IMG/VR virus record: IMGVR_UViG_2744054709_000002
Coordinates: 1 to 64,000 of that record
Reading direction: 5' to 3' (one strand)
Origin: a virus
Taxonomy: Duplodnaviria; Caudoviricetes
DNA length: 64,000 nucleotides
Position 1 is the stretch's first letter; every line of letters starts with the position of its first letter. The notes under the pieces were generated by a model, which saw only the letters and a program-made list of their open reading frames with translations, did no database searches and was not told the origin of the DNA. Made by a program: the position numbers and the translations under genes. Positions 36,356 through 45,911 of this stretch are shown in pieces.

Positions 36356-37219
36356 ATGAGCGATCAAGAGTTTTTCTGCATCGACAGCATGTTCAAGGCC
36401 CAGCCGCGTGAAGAGGGTGGCCGGCGCTTTGTCTACATGCAGGCGTCGGACGAGAGCGTGGATCATCAGGGCGAAGTTGTCCTGTCGAAAGCGCTTCAGG
36501 AAAGCGCGCCCTACTTCCTGAAATACGGGAACATAGACCTCGATCATCGCACCCAGATGGGGCCGGTGGCCGGGCAGCCGTCACACCATCTGTTCGAGAT
36601 CGGCAAGCCTGTGGACGTACGGGCAGATGGCAAAAAGACGTTCGTGAAGGCCGAAATCTATGGCGGGGAGGGGCCGACCGTCGAGCATGCGAACATGTTC
36701 TGGGATTCCCTGACGCGCCAGCGTCCGCCGAAGCACTGGTTCCCGTCGGTGGGAGGAGACTGCCACCGGAGCAAGATCGCGGACCCGAAAACCGGGCGGC
36801 AGCGCCCGGTCATCGATCGGGTGCGCTGGACCAATATCGGGATGAGCGGGACGCCGGTGAACCTGCACGTGCCCACCGTGGCGGTCGTGCCGTTCGGGGC
36901 GCTGGCCAAGAGCATGGCCGCCGGGGCGTTTTGCATGCGTAAGGCGCTGGAAGCTGGCTACGGCACGGACATGGCGGAACTGAGCGGAGGGGCAGCGCTG
37001 CGCTCCGAAATGCCGGATCCGCACCTCCAGAATTACTGGGATTTCAGGGACAGGCTGGCGGGGGACATCCGCGCCGGTCGGGTGAAGCCGTCCGTCGATG
37101 CGCTCGTCGCGCACGTCGCGCAGGCTTTTGACGTGGATCCGGACCGGGCCTCGGAGCTGGTCGAACGGTTCCTGGGCGACCTCCAGAGGGGCCGAGAACA
37201 AAGGACAAGACATGACTGA
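36356..37219 (+). CDS. Prohead protease
   Basis: AS.E..D.QGE, G.ID.DH, IG.P, SVGG and PVN motifs; position before scaffold and capsid. Confidence 0.8.
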   Translation: MSDQEFFCIDSMFKAQPREEGGRRFVYMQASDESVDHQGEVVLSKALQESAPYFLKYGNIDLDHRTQMGPVAGQPSHHLFEIGKPVDVRADGKKTFVKAEIYGGEGPTVEHANMFWDSLTRQRPPKHWFPSVGGDCHRSKIADPKTGRQRPVIDRVRWTNIGMSGTPVNLHVPTVAVVPFGALAKSMAAGAFCMRKALEAGYGTDMAELSGGAALRSEMPDPHLQNYWDFRDRLAGDIRAGRVKPSVDALVAHVAQAFDVDPDRASELVERFLGDLQRGREQRTRHD

Positions 37220-37949
37220 AAAAACCAACCCGGCGCCCACGGCGGGGGGCTTTGACGCGCTGCTCAATGATCTGAGCGGGATCGAGGAAATGCGCAAGTC
37301 GCGCACCACGGATAAGGGCAAGGACGATCCGAAGGAAGGGGGAAAGCCCCTGACCGAGGAGGAACTTGAAAAGGCCCGCAAGAAAAAAGAGGCGGAGGCC
37401 AGGGCGGCCGAGGAAGCGCGCCGCAAGGCCGGAGAAGGCGGGGAAGAGGATGACGATGACGCCGAGATGTTCGGCAAGTCGCTGACCGTGACGCTGGAAG
37501 GCGGCGAGACAGCCGAAGTTGTTGACGGTGCGGCCCTTGTCACGGGCATGCGTTTCCTCAAGGGGCAGAACACGGCGCTGGCCAGCGAACTGGCAGCCGT
37601 TCGCGCAGAGAATGCCGGCGAGATGGTCAAGGCCCTGTCTGGCATGCAGTCGCTACTGCGGCTGGTGAAGGATCAGGACACGGTCATCAAGTCCCTGTCC
37701 GATCGTCTCGATACGTTCGGCGCGCAGGGCCGCGGGCGCGCTTCGGTCCTGAGCATCATGGAAAAGAGCCAGCCTGCCGGTGCCCCGGCCCAGCCGCAGG
37801 GCGCGTCGCGGGCCGAAATCATGCAGGCGTCGATGCAGGCCATGAAGAAGGGCCTCATCTCGGCCGTGGACGTGTCGATGATCGAAGGGTGCCTGAACCA
37901 GGGCGCCGAGATCCCCGAACCCCTCGTCAAGGCGATTCAGTCCGTCTGA
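37212..37949 (+). CDS. Probable scaffolding protein
   Basis: Charged, helical protein between protease and capsid with repeated K[AS] motifs. Confidence 0.7.
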   Translation: MTEKTNPAPTAGGFDALLNDLSGIEEMRKSRTTDKGKDDPKEGGKPLTEEELEKARKKKEAEARAAEEARRKAGEGGEEDDDDAEMFGKSLTVTLEGGETAEVVDGAALVTGMRFLKGQNTALASELAAVRAENAGEMVKALSGMQSLLRLVKDQDTVIKSLSDRLDTFGAQGRGRASVLSIMEKSQPAGAPAQPQGASRAEIMQASMQAMKKGLISAVDVSMIEGCLNQGAEIPEPLVKAIQSV

Positions 37950-37982
37950 CGTCGGCCTGATCACAGCAAGGAAATACAGACC

Positions 37983-39476
37983 ATGAATTTCAACCCTGCG
38001 CTGATCCAGCCGAGTGATGCCCGTTCCGGCATGATGTCGGTGAAAGACCTTGAAGGGCTTCGCAAAGCCCTTGAGGCGGGATACGGCACCGACGTCTCGC
38101 AGCTGACCGGGGGTGCCGCGCTGCGTATCCAGTCGCTGGATATGACGATGCAGTCCACCATCCAGTCGAACGAGGATTTCCGCCTGTTCAACATGCTCCT
38201 CAAGCAGGGGGCCGGGGCAACCGTTGACGAATGGACCGAACAGGATAGCGTCGGCGGCTTCCTCGGCGGCAGCACCAATTCGGAAATGGGGAACATTCCC
38301 AACTCTGTTGGTGATTACAACCGGCGCGTGGGCATGGTCAAATTCCTGATGACCCAGCGTCAGGTGTCGTTCGTGCAGACCCTGCAGAACACGATTTCCG
38401 ATTCACAGGCCGTTGAGCAGAACAACGGCGCGCTGCAGTTGCTGACCGACGCTGAATACCTGTCGTTCAGCGGTGATTCCGCCGTGGTGCCGACCGAGTT
38501 CGACGGCATTGAGGCGCAGATCCGTTATGGCGTAGCGGCGGGGCAGGTCGATCCCGGCAATATCCTTGACTGCCGCGGGCAGCAGCTGGCCAGCGTCAAC
38601 CTGGTCAACAAGGCAGCAGCGAAGGTGGCCGGGTACGGAAACTTCGGTCGCGCGACCAACCTGTTCTGCTCCTACAACACGCAGGCGGATTTCGACACGA
38701 ACCTCGACCCGGCCTATCGCGTGCCGCTGACGGGTGTTTCGGATGGTGGCCTGAAGCTGGGTGCGCCCGTCAACGGTATCCGGACCTCGTTCGGCAATAT
38801 CTCCAACGACCCGGACGTGTTCATCCCTGATTCCGAGATGCAGCAGCCGTTCGAGGTGATCTATCCGGCGATTGCGGCGGCGCAGGCCTCCATCGCACCG
38901 TCGGCAGTCACGCCCGTTGCGCTGGCGGACGCGGATGTTTCGTCCCAGTTTACGGCGGCGCAGGCGGGGAACTACTACTATCTGGTGGCGGGCGTGAATG
39001 CATCCGGGCAGTCCACCGGCGTCATCTCCGCCCAGGTAGCGATCGCGTCTGGCATGGGGGCGACCCTGACGATCAAGCGCAGCACAGGTGCCCAGGAGAC
39101 CGGTTATGCGATCTATCGTTCCCGCCAGAACGGTCCGGGCGTGGTTGCCGGGTCCGTGCCGGGGCAGGGCAGCGATTTCCGTCTGGTCTGCCGTATCCCC
39201 TGCGCCGGAGCCACGACAGTCTGGACGGACCTGAACCAGGATATCCCGGGCACGTCCAAGGCATTCTTGCTGCCGATGCGGCCCGGAAACAGCGCGGTGG
39301 TCTGGCGTCAGCTGCTACCGATGATCAAGTTCCCGCTGTATCCGACCAACCAGGCGGTGATCCCGTGGGCCCAGATGCTGTTCGGATACCTGCGCCTGTC
39401 CAAGCGCAAGCAGATCGCGGTGTTCAAGAACATCCTGTCGAACAACGACGTCTGGCGCCCGCACGCCAATAGCTGA
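37983..39476 (+). CDS. Major capsid protein (SPO1/Twort-like)
   Basis: KA..AGYGTD....GGAALR.QSLD N-terminus, E...F.GD......EFDG and D.RG motifs. Confidence 0.88.
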   Translation: MNFNPALIQPSDARSGMMSVKDLEGLRKALEAGYGTDVSQLTGGAALRIQSLDMTMQSTIQSNEDFRLFNMLLKQGAGATVDEWTEQDSVGGFLGGSTNSEMGNIPNSVGDYNRRVGMVKFLMTQRQVSFVQTLQNTISDSQAVEQNNGALQLLTDAEYLSFSGDSAVVPTEFDGIEAQIRYGVAAGQVDPGNILDCRGQQLASVNLVNKAAAKVAGYGNFGRATNLFCSYNTQADFDTNLDPAYRVPLTGVSDGGLKLGAPVNGIRTSFGNISNDPDVFIPDSEMQQPFEVIYPAIAAAQASIAPSAVTPVALADADVSSQFTAAQAGNYYYLVAGVNASGQSTGVISAQVAIASGMGATLTIKRSTGAQETGYAIYRSRQNGPGVVAGSVPGQGSDFRLVCRIPCAGATTVWTDLNQDIPGTSKAFLLPMRPGNSAVVWRQLLPMIKFPLYPTNQAVIPWAQMLFGYLRLSKRKQIAVFKNILSNNDVWRPHANS

Positions 39477-39541
39477 CGGGGAGGGGGCGGCATCGGTCGC
39501 CCCTTTTCCGATTTCCCCACCAGTCCTGAGGAGACGCGCCG

Positions 39542-39838
39542 ATGCCGCGCATTGTAAGCAAGATCCCGCATACCTCGTCGGAGGTGAACGGTGTGAAGTT
39601 CAGCCCCGACAAGGGGCAGATGGTTTCCGAGGAGGTCAGCGACGACGTCGCCGCCCATTTCAAGGGGATCAAGGGCTATCGCGTGGTCGAGGACAAGAAG
39701 AGCACGCCCGCTGTAAGCAAGGCCGCCGGGAAGACCGACGGCGCAGGAACGGGCGGCGAGGCCGGGACGGACAGTGAAACCGACGCCAGCAAGGACGACC
39801 CCGCCGGCGGCAAAGAACCGGCTGCGCCCGCTGCGTAA
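39542..39838 (+). CDS. Small virion-associated hypothetical protein
   Basis: GAGGAG RBS; follows the capsid gene. Confidence 0.7.
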   Translation: MPRIVSKIPHTSSEVNGVKFSPDKGQMVSEEVSDDVAAHFKGIKGYRVVEDKKSTPAVSKAAGKTDGAGTGGEAGTDSETDASKDDPAGGKEPAAPAA

Positions 39839-39864
39839 CGCGTATTTAACGAGGAGCCGCCTTC

Positions 39865-40080
39865 ATGACGTCCAACACGTTCAAGCCGACCGCGACCCTG
39901 CAGGACGAACTGAACCGCTGCATGCCGATCGCCCGGTCCGTGGGGCTGGGTGACCTGCTGTTTGGTCTGGTGCAGAACCAGAATGCCATCATTGAGCAAC
40001 TGGCTGCGGCCGGGATCACGGGCATCACGGCCGATACGCTGCCCACGCCGCTGACACTGCCGGGGTTTGATCCTCAGTGA
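39865..40080 (+). CDS. Small hypothetical structural protein
   Basis: GAGGAG RBS; operon context. Confidence 0.65.
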   Translation: MTSNTFKPTATLQDELNRCMPIARSVGLGDLLFGLVQNQNAIIEQLAAAGITGITADTLPTPLTLPGFDPQ

Positions 40081-40892
40081 GCGAAAGCACGACGGCAGCG
40101 GGCACGACGGGCACCGTCGCGCAGGAGCCCAGCATGTTTGATCGTGCGAAGGCCCTGCCACTGCTGCGACAGAACCGCCTGCTGTCCGTCGCCGCGCGTT
40201 ATTTTCCGCAGGTTGAAATCAGCGACGACTTCTTGTGGGAGAAGCTTCGGGCGGAGGAATCACTGGCGGAAGCGCGTTTCCGCACCTTCTTCCATCCCAG
40301 GCAGATGTTTCCCCAGGGCTACGACCAGACGGCTCTGGCGGCCCTGAACACGGCGGGTTATCCAACGTTGGAGGAGCCGGGATACGATTACGATCCGGGA
40401 TTTTTCTCGGGTGACGAGTGGGGGTTCCTCCAGCTGCGCCGGACGCACATCGTGACGGTGCAGGAATTGCGGTTCTGCTACCCCAATCCGCAGGCGCCGC
40501 TCTACGTCGTTCCGTCGGACTGGATCAGGTATGACCGGAAATATGGCCGGATCAACATCGTCGCCACCCAGACGCCGTCCAGCCTGCCGCTGAACGTATT
40601 TGTCATGGGGGCACTGTCGGGCGGCCGCACCATCCCCCTGATGCTGCAGGTCGTTTATCAGGCAGGCCTGACCAACCCGTTCCTGACATGTCCGGAGGTG
40701 CCAGATTACGTGCTCAAGCGCGCCGTGCTGTCGTTGATCGAGGACCAGTTCCTGCCCCAGTCCGGATCAGTTTCAATCGACGGGATTTCGCAGAGCCTGT
40801 CCGTTCAGGTCGCGGGGCTGGCGCAGTCTCTGGAGGGGCGTGAGAGCGTGATCGAAGGACGGCTGAACGGAATCCGCATGGGGTTTGTGTGA
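40077..40892 (+). CDS. Head-tail adaptor/neck protein
   Basis: Position; V.YQAG and S.SIDGISQS motifs. Confidence 0.7.
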   Translation: MSESTTAAGTTGTVAQEPSMFDRAKALPLLRQNRLLSVAARYFPQVEISDDFLWEKLRAEESLAEARFRTFFHPRQMFPQGYDQTALAALNTAGYPTLEEPGYDYDPGFFSGDEWGFLQLRRTHIVTVQELRFCYPNPQAPLYVVPSDWIRYDRKYGRINIVATQTPSSLPLNVFVMGALSGGRTIPLMLQVVYQAGLTNPFLTCPEVPDYVLKRAVLSLIEDQFLPQSGSVSIDGISQSLSVQVAGLAQSLEGRESVIEGRLNGIRMGFV

Positions 40893-41560
40893 TGCTGCCG
40901 AATGTCGCGGTATGCAATGCCCTGTTATCCTCCACCGGCGGTCTGGGGCAGAACATTTCGTGGGAACCGTCTGCGCCGTGCCCGTGCATTGGCGGCACGC
41001 TGAACGCCCCGCAGCCCAACTGCCCGCAATGTCATGGCATCGGCCATATCTGGTTCGCGGCGCAGGCTGCCTGGTCGGCGATGACCTCCATGAAACTGGT
41101 CCGGCAATGGGCGCAGTACGGGGAATGGATGAGTGGCGACATCGTCATGTCTATCCCGTCCGATTCCCCATTTTTTGCAGCAGGAGAGTATGACCGCGTC
41201 ACCCTCTCGCAGTCGAGCGAGCCATTCGGGCGCACCATTACCGTGGGAGAGAACGACCGCCTGGCGTTCACACCCCTGAGCATTGATCGTGTGTTCTGGC
41301 TCTCAGCCGATGGCAGCGAGATCATCACGGGGGGCATTCCCGTGGTGAACGCGGACGGGACGTTGACGTGGCCTGCGGATCTGCCAGTGCCGGCGGCAGG
41401 GCAGACCTTCACCATGACCGGTCGCCGGTCGCCGCTGTATTTCCTGTTCCGTGACTTCCCCCAGGATCGCGAGCACGCGTCTGGCTTACAATTGCCGCGC
41501 CGCGTCGTGTTGCGCAAATTCGACCTGCTGGGTGCAACGCAGGGGGGGGTGACGCGGTGA
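40889..41560 (+). CDS. Neck/head-closure protein with zinc motif
   Basis: W....CPC...C..C.G.G motif as in SPO1-like neck proteins. Confidence 0.65.
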   Translation: MMLPNVAVCNALLSSTGGLGQNISWEPSAPCPCIGGTLNAPQPNCPQCHGIGHIWFAAQAAWSAMTSMKLVRQWAQYGEWMSGDIVMSIPSDSPFFAAGEYDRVTLSQSSEPFGRTITVGENDRLAFTPLSIDRVFWLSADGSEIITGGIPVVNADGTLTWPADLPVPAAGQTFTMTGRRSPLYFLFRDFPQDREHASGLQLPRRVVLRKFDLLGATQGGVTR

Positions 41561-42408
41561 GCCGCATCCGGGCCTCTGTCCTGACAGACCTGAACCTGCT
41601 GCGTGGTATCGGAGACCTGGGGGGGGAGTTCCCGACTGTCGCGCACGCCGTTTCCGTTCTGGCGGAGCAGGCACAGGACATGTGGAAGTCGTATGCGAAC
41701 GGTGCCCCGCTGCCGGGCGGCGGCGTGATCCGGTCACGCACCGGGGAATACGCGCGCTCGATCAATATCCGGCGGCTGAACGCATTTTCTGCGGAGGTTT
41801 ATTCCGATCTGGCCTACGCCAGGGTGATTGAGGAAGGCTGTCCCGAATATGACATGAAGAAGATGCTGGACAGTTCGATCAAGGTCCGCGTCTCAAAGGC
41901 CGGCCGCCGGTACCTGATCATTCCTTTCCGGTGGGGAACACCCGGGTCCGTGATGGGCAACAACATGCCCAAGTCGGTCCATGGCTGGTGGAAGGGAAAG
42001 CGGGAGCGGTCGCATATCACCCTGCATACCAGCCGTCCGTCGGGCACCGGCATATACGACATGCGGACCCGGCGGCGAGTGACGGTCGATGCCTGGAAAT
42101 ATAAATGGGGTGACCGGCTGACCGGAGACACCCTTGATCAACTCGGCCACGGCGGGACGAAGCTGGGTGCGCGCATGGCGGGCATGGTGAATTTCCGAAA
42201 GCCCGGCGGTAACGGGGGCGGCGCGCATTCGAAATACCTGACGTTCCGCGTCATGTCGGAGGGCTCAACCGGCTGGATCCGGCCCGCGCAGCCCGGAAAG
42301 TGGCCTGCCAGAACGGTCTCCGAACAGATGGAGCCTGCGATGGAGGAGATTCTGTCGAAGGCGCTGGAAACCGACATCACCAGCCTGGTCGGCGGCGAAG
42401 CATCCTGA
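41557..42408 (+). CDS. Neck/tail completion protein
   Basis: YA..IEEG...YDMK, YLIIPFR and YLTFR.MS..S.GWI.P motifs. Confidence 0.65.
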   Translation: MSRIRASVLTDLNLLRGIGDLGGEFPTVAHAVSVLAEQAQDMWKSYANGAPLPGGGVIRSRTGEYARSINIRRLNAFSAEVYSDLAYARVIEEGCPEYDMKKMLDSSIKVRVSKAGRRYLIIPFRWGTPGSVMGNNMPKSVHGWWKGKRERSHITLHTSRPSGTGIYDMRTRRRVTVDAWKYKWGDRLTGDTLDQLGHGGTKLGARMAGMVNFRKPGGNGGGAHSKYLTFRVMSEGSTGWIRPAQPGKWPARTVSEQMEPAMEEILSKALETDITSLVGGEAS

Positions 42409-42438
42409 CATGGTGCCCGCTTGGTATTGAGACGGGAA

Positions 42439-42460
42439 GATTGCATGCATGCATGCAATC
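42439..42460. repeat. Palindromic (TGCA)n array
   Basis: GATTGCATGCATGCATGCAATC, a perfect 22-bp palindrome. Confidence 0.9.
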
Positions 42461-42507
42461 CAACCAGCAAGACGACAGCGAGGACTGATTGACTGTTGGC
42501 CGCCATG

Positions 42508-42522
42508 TCGTGACGGCATCAT
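42508..42522 (+). promoter_or_regulatory. Late-promoter box (TCGTGAcggCATCAT), 21 nt before the ATG of the tail operon
   Basis: Motif plus fixed spacing; no Shine-Dalgarno sequence. Confidence 0.75.
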
Positions 42523-42528
42523 GCGGGC

Positions 42529-43350
42529 ATGAGCATTGTCGCATCTCCCCTGGCCTGTGGTTCTGCCGTGCGCCTGATTGTTTCGCCTCCTATAGGGGCA
42601 CGGTACTGGCGGTTGCTGCGTGGCACGGTTGCCCCGACCGGCCCTGACGATCAGGCCGCCACGGTGCTGGCGTCGTGCAGCACAGTGACGGACCGGCTGG
42701 ACTGGCAGGGGCTGACTGACGGGACGCCCTACAGCTACGCCGTCTATTATTGGGACGGGTCAGAGTGGAGCGCGCCGGATACGGCCCAGGCAACGCCTGC
42801 GCAGGCCATGGATTTCGATGCAGTCGAGCCCGTTTCCGTTCTGCTGGAGCGATTCCGCAAAGGGGTAGCGGCAGAACTGGCGGCGGCCCGGATGCAGGTT
42901 CCCTCCGGGGAAATCAAGGTCGTGTCGTCTCCGCTGATGTCAGACGGCCGCGCCACGTGGCCGATGGTGGTCGTCCACCTCAACAGCAGCACGCCGTTTG
43001 CCCAGTTCGTGGGTGACGAGGTGCGCCCTCCGACCGACAACGGCGACGGGACTGTGTCGGTCTGGAAGGGCGAGATCTACGATTACAACGTCACGGTCTC
43101 CGGATGGTCTCCCAACGAGGTCGAGAGGCTGTCATTGCGCAAGATGATCTGGCGCATCTTCGAGGCCAATCGCCTGCTGCTCGCTGATCTGGGGTTCATG
43201 AACGCCACGCTGTCGCAGCGGGATTCCGAGGACCTTGAGCAGAAGAACTGCCCCCTGTTCATTTCGGAAGGGGTCATCTCCTTCCAGATGATGCACTGGA
43301 CAGCCGAGATCGTGCCGAAACTCCAGTCAATTACCGTGAAATATGCCTGA
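42529..43350 (+). CDS. Tail terminator-like protein with FN3-like N-terminus
   Basis: D..GLTDGTPYSYAV pattern; position before the sheath. Confidence 0.6.
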   Translation: MSIVASPLACGSAVRLIVSPPIGARYWRLLRGTVAPTGPDDQAATVLASCSTVTDRLDWQGLTDGTPYSYAVYYWDGSEWSAPDTAQATPAQAMDFDAVEPVSVLLERFRKGVAAELAAARMQVPSGEIKVVSSPLMSDGRATWPMVVVHLNSSTPFAQFVGDEVRPPTDNGDGTVSVWKGEIYDYNVTVSGWSPNEVERLSLRKMIWRIFEANRLLLADLGFMNATLSQRDSEDLEQKNCPLFISEGVISFQMMHWTAEIVPKLQSITVKYA

Positions 43351-43364
43351 CCGGGAAACACACG

Positions 43365-43676
43365 ATGACCGATGAGTCCACCCAATCCGCCACTGCCGCA
43401 TCGAGTGCAACGGCGAATGCCAAACCGGCAGCATCCTCTGCTTCCGGCACGGGGGGCGCAGCCGCCCAATCTACTGCGGTCCCTGCGGCGCGCGCGGGCG
43501 CATCCCCGGCGCAGCCCCGCATGTCGGCCGCCATGTACTGCGCGCGGCTTGCACGAACGCGCGGGCAGGAGATCGCGGGGCTTTTCCGCTCCTATTGCGC
43601 GAAAAACAACCTGCATTTTGCAACGGTGGCGGATTTTGACGCGCGTGTCGCGGACGTCCTGAAGACGGAGGCCTGA
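43365..43676 (+). CDS. Small hypothetical tail-region protein
   Basis: Operon context. Confidence 0.65.
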   Translation: MTDESTQSATAASSATANAKPAASSASGTGGAAAQSTAVPAARAGASPAQPRMSAAMYCARLARTRGQEIAGLFRSYCAKNNLHFATVADFDARVADVLKTEA

Positions 43677-43677
43677 T

Positions 43678-45468
43678 ATGGCGGACAGCACCCTGATCAA
43701 CGGATCGGCGACATACACGCCGGGCGTTTTCTCCTCCACCTCCGACACGGCGATGAACCCGGTTTCGGCCGGGACAGGCAATATCCTATGCGTGATGGGG
43801 ATTTCCACTGGTGGAAAGCCGAACACGCTGCTCGGGCCGTTCGCGACGCCGGCGGCGGCAGCGGACGTCCTTGTGGGCGGAGAACTGCTGACGGCGGTCC
43901 AGAAATGTTTTTCCGTCTCCGACCAGGTGGACGCGCCCTCGACCATCTATGCGGTCAACGTGGGATCGGCTCCTGCCGGGACGCTGACCCTGAAGGACAC
44001 CGCCGGGAACGACGCGATCAATCTGGTCACGGACCAGTATGGGACGGTCGCCAATACCGCTCAGATCGCGGTTTATGCCGGGACCGTGCAGGGCAGCGAG
44101 ATCAGCGTGGGCTATGCCGGGCAGCAGGCCATCACGCAGGACAATATTGCCCGGGGTGCGTTTGGGGTCGCCTACACGGGGGCGGGAACGGGTGCTACGA
44201 TCACCGTGGCGTCCGAAAGCGTGACGCTCGCCGTCGGCACCACTACCACCGTACTGGACCTGAACCAGTATCAGTCCATCGCGCAGTTGGTGGATGCCAT
44301 CAACACCGTCTCCGGGTTTGAGGCGACGATCGTCGCGACAGCGGTCAACCAGACGGCGCTCAACTCTCTCGATCCTGTCACGGCGGAGGCGCTGACATCC
44401 ACGCCATACGCTGTCACGGCCAACCTGCAGGCACAGATCGATTTCCTCAACAGCACCGCAGGCGGCGGTATTTTCACCGCGACGCGCGCGACCACGGCCA
44501 CAGGACCTGCGGCCCCCGCCGGATGGCAGTCGCCCGCGCCGGTCACGGTGCCTGCGCCACTGGTGACGGACTGGACGAATGCCCTGACGATGCTGCAGTC
44601 CTCGGACGTGAACTGGCTGGCGATCCTGTCGCCGAACCCGGCGGTATGGGCCGCCGTGGATGCGCATGTGCAGTACATGTCCAAGACCGCACAGCGGGAG
44701 CGGCGGGCGTGGGTCGGGCCGGATGTGGGGATGTCCCTGTCGGATGCGGCGGCACTCGGCGTGCAGCTCAACAGCGATCGCGTGTCCATCGCATGGCCCG
44801 GTTTCTACGGCTACGACGCGAACGGCAACGAGACGCTCTATCCGCCCTATATGACCGCGGCGCTGATCGCATCGGGATTTGCCGGCCTTTCGCCGGGACA
44901 GACTATGACGAACGTCGCGCTGGACGTCATCGGGCCGGAGGTCGCGGTGAACATCCCGACGGATACCGACGTGCTGATCCCGGCCGGGATCACGCCCATT
45001 GCGCAGGGACGCAGCGGCACGACGATTGTGGTGCGGGCGATTACCTCCTGGTTGAACGACAATTATTACGACCGGGTCGAGGTCAGCACCGGGGCTGCGG
45101 CCGATTTCACCAACCAGCAGGTCAGGAGCGCCGTGGAGGCGCGCCTGGGGTCGGATGCCGCGCAGGGAACGGGCGTTTCTCCTGTCACGATGAACGGCTG
45201 CCTGTCCGATGCCGAAACGGCCCTGAACTATTGCGCGACGCCGCGTCCGCTTGGTCCCGGGGTGATCGTCGGCGATTCCAGTTCCCCGGCATGGGATGCC
45301 CTTACTGCGGTTGCCAGTGGCGACACCATTGAGATCACGTTCAATTCGCAGCCGGTTATCCCGCTGAATTTCATCAAAACCAACAATGCCCTGCGCCCCT
45401 ACACGGGCACGGTAACCGTCAACGTCTCGTCCACCGGTAGCGCCTCCGGCGGCACGACCAGCAGCTGA
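43678..45468 (+). CDS. Tail sheath protein
   Basis: PGV N-terminus, G...GG.P, LNSDR and P..P.NFI motifs; 596 aa. Confidence 0.9.
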   Translation: MADSTLINGSATYTPGVFSSTSDTAMNPVSAGTGNILCVMGISTGGKPNTLLGPFATPAAAADVLVGGELLTAVQKCFSVSDQVDAPSTIYAVNVGSAPAGTLTLKDTAGNDAINLVTDQYGTVANTAQIAVYAGTVQGSEISVGYAGQQAITQDNIARGAFGVAYTGAGTGATITVASESVTLAVGTTTTVLDLNQYQSIAQLVDAINTVSGFEATIVATAVNQTALNSLDPVTAEALTSTPYAVTANLQAQIDFLNSTAGGGIFTATRATTATGPAAPAGWQSPAPVTVPAPLVTDWTNALTMLQSSDVNWLAILSPNPAVWAAVDAHVQYMSKTAQRERRAWVGPDVGMSLSDAAALGVQLNSDRVSIAWPGFYGYDANGNETLYPPYMTAALIASGFAGLSPGQTMTNVALDVIGPEVAVNIPTDTDVLIPAGITPIAQGRSGTTIVVRAITSWLNDNYYDRVEVSTGAAADFTNQQVRSAVEARLGSDAAQGTGVSPVTMNGCLSDAETALNYCATPRPLGPGVIVGDSSSPAWDALTAVASGDTIEITFNSQPVIPLNFIKTNNALRPYTGTVTVNVSSTGSASGGTTSS

Positions 45469-45479
45469 GGGAGCGCGTC

Positions 45480-45911
45480 ATGATCACCACACGGACGAAC
45501 GTCCATACCCAGTCGGGGAACCGCATCATCATCGAGATGGGCGGCGCGCGGGTCGGGCTGATCCAGAGCTGCTCCCCCAGCGACGATTACGGTCTGGAAC
45601 CTGCGACAGGGGTGGGTGACATCCATGTGTCGGAGTGGGTGCCCACGCTTGCGCGGCATACCCTGTCCGTTCGCCGGATGATGCTGATCACTCAGTCGCT
45701 GCGCAATCTCGGGATTGCCACCATCAACGGCGATAACGCGCTTCAGGGTCTGGTGTTCGACATCCTTTTCTTCAGCCGCGACAGTGGCGAGGTCATGCGG
45801 AAATACGTCAGCTGCTCGTGGGGGCGTGGCGCGGTTGATGTCAGCGCCAACCGGATCACGATGGAGGAGGGGACGCTCTACGCCCTTGATGCAGCGGGGG
45901 TTGACCTGTGA
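45480..45911 (+). CDS. Tail tube protein
   Basis: V.T..GN.I.I.....VG..QS....DYG.E...GVG.I...E.V pattern; follows the sheath. Confidence 0.85.
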   Translation: MITTRTNVHTQSGNRIIIEMGGARVGLIQSCSPSDDYGLEPATGVGDIHVSEWVPTLARHTLSVRRMMLITQSLRNLGIATINGDNALQGLVFDILFFSRDSGEVMRKYVSCSWGRGAVDVSANRITMEEGTLYALDAAGVDL

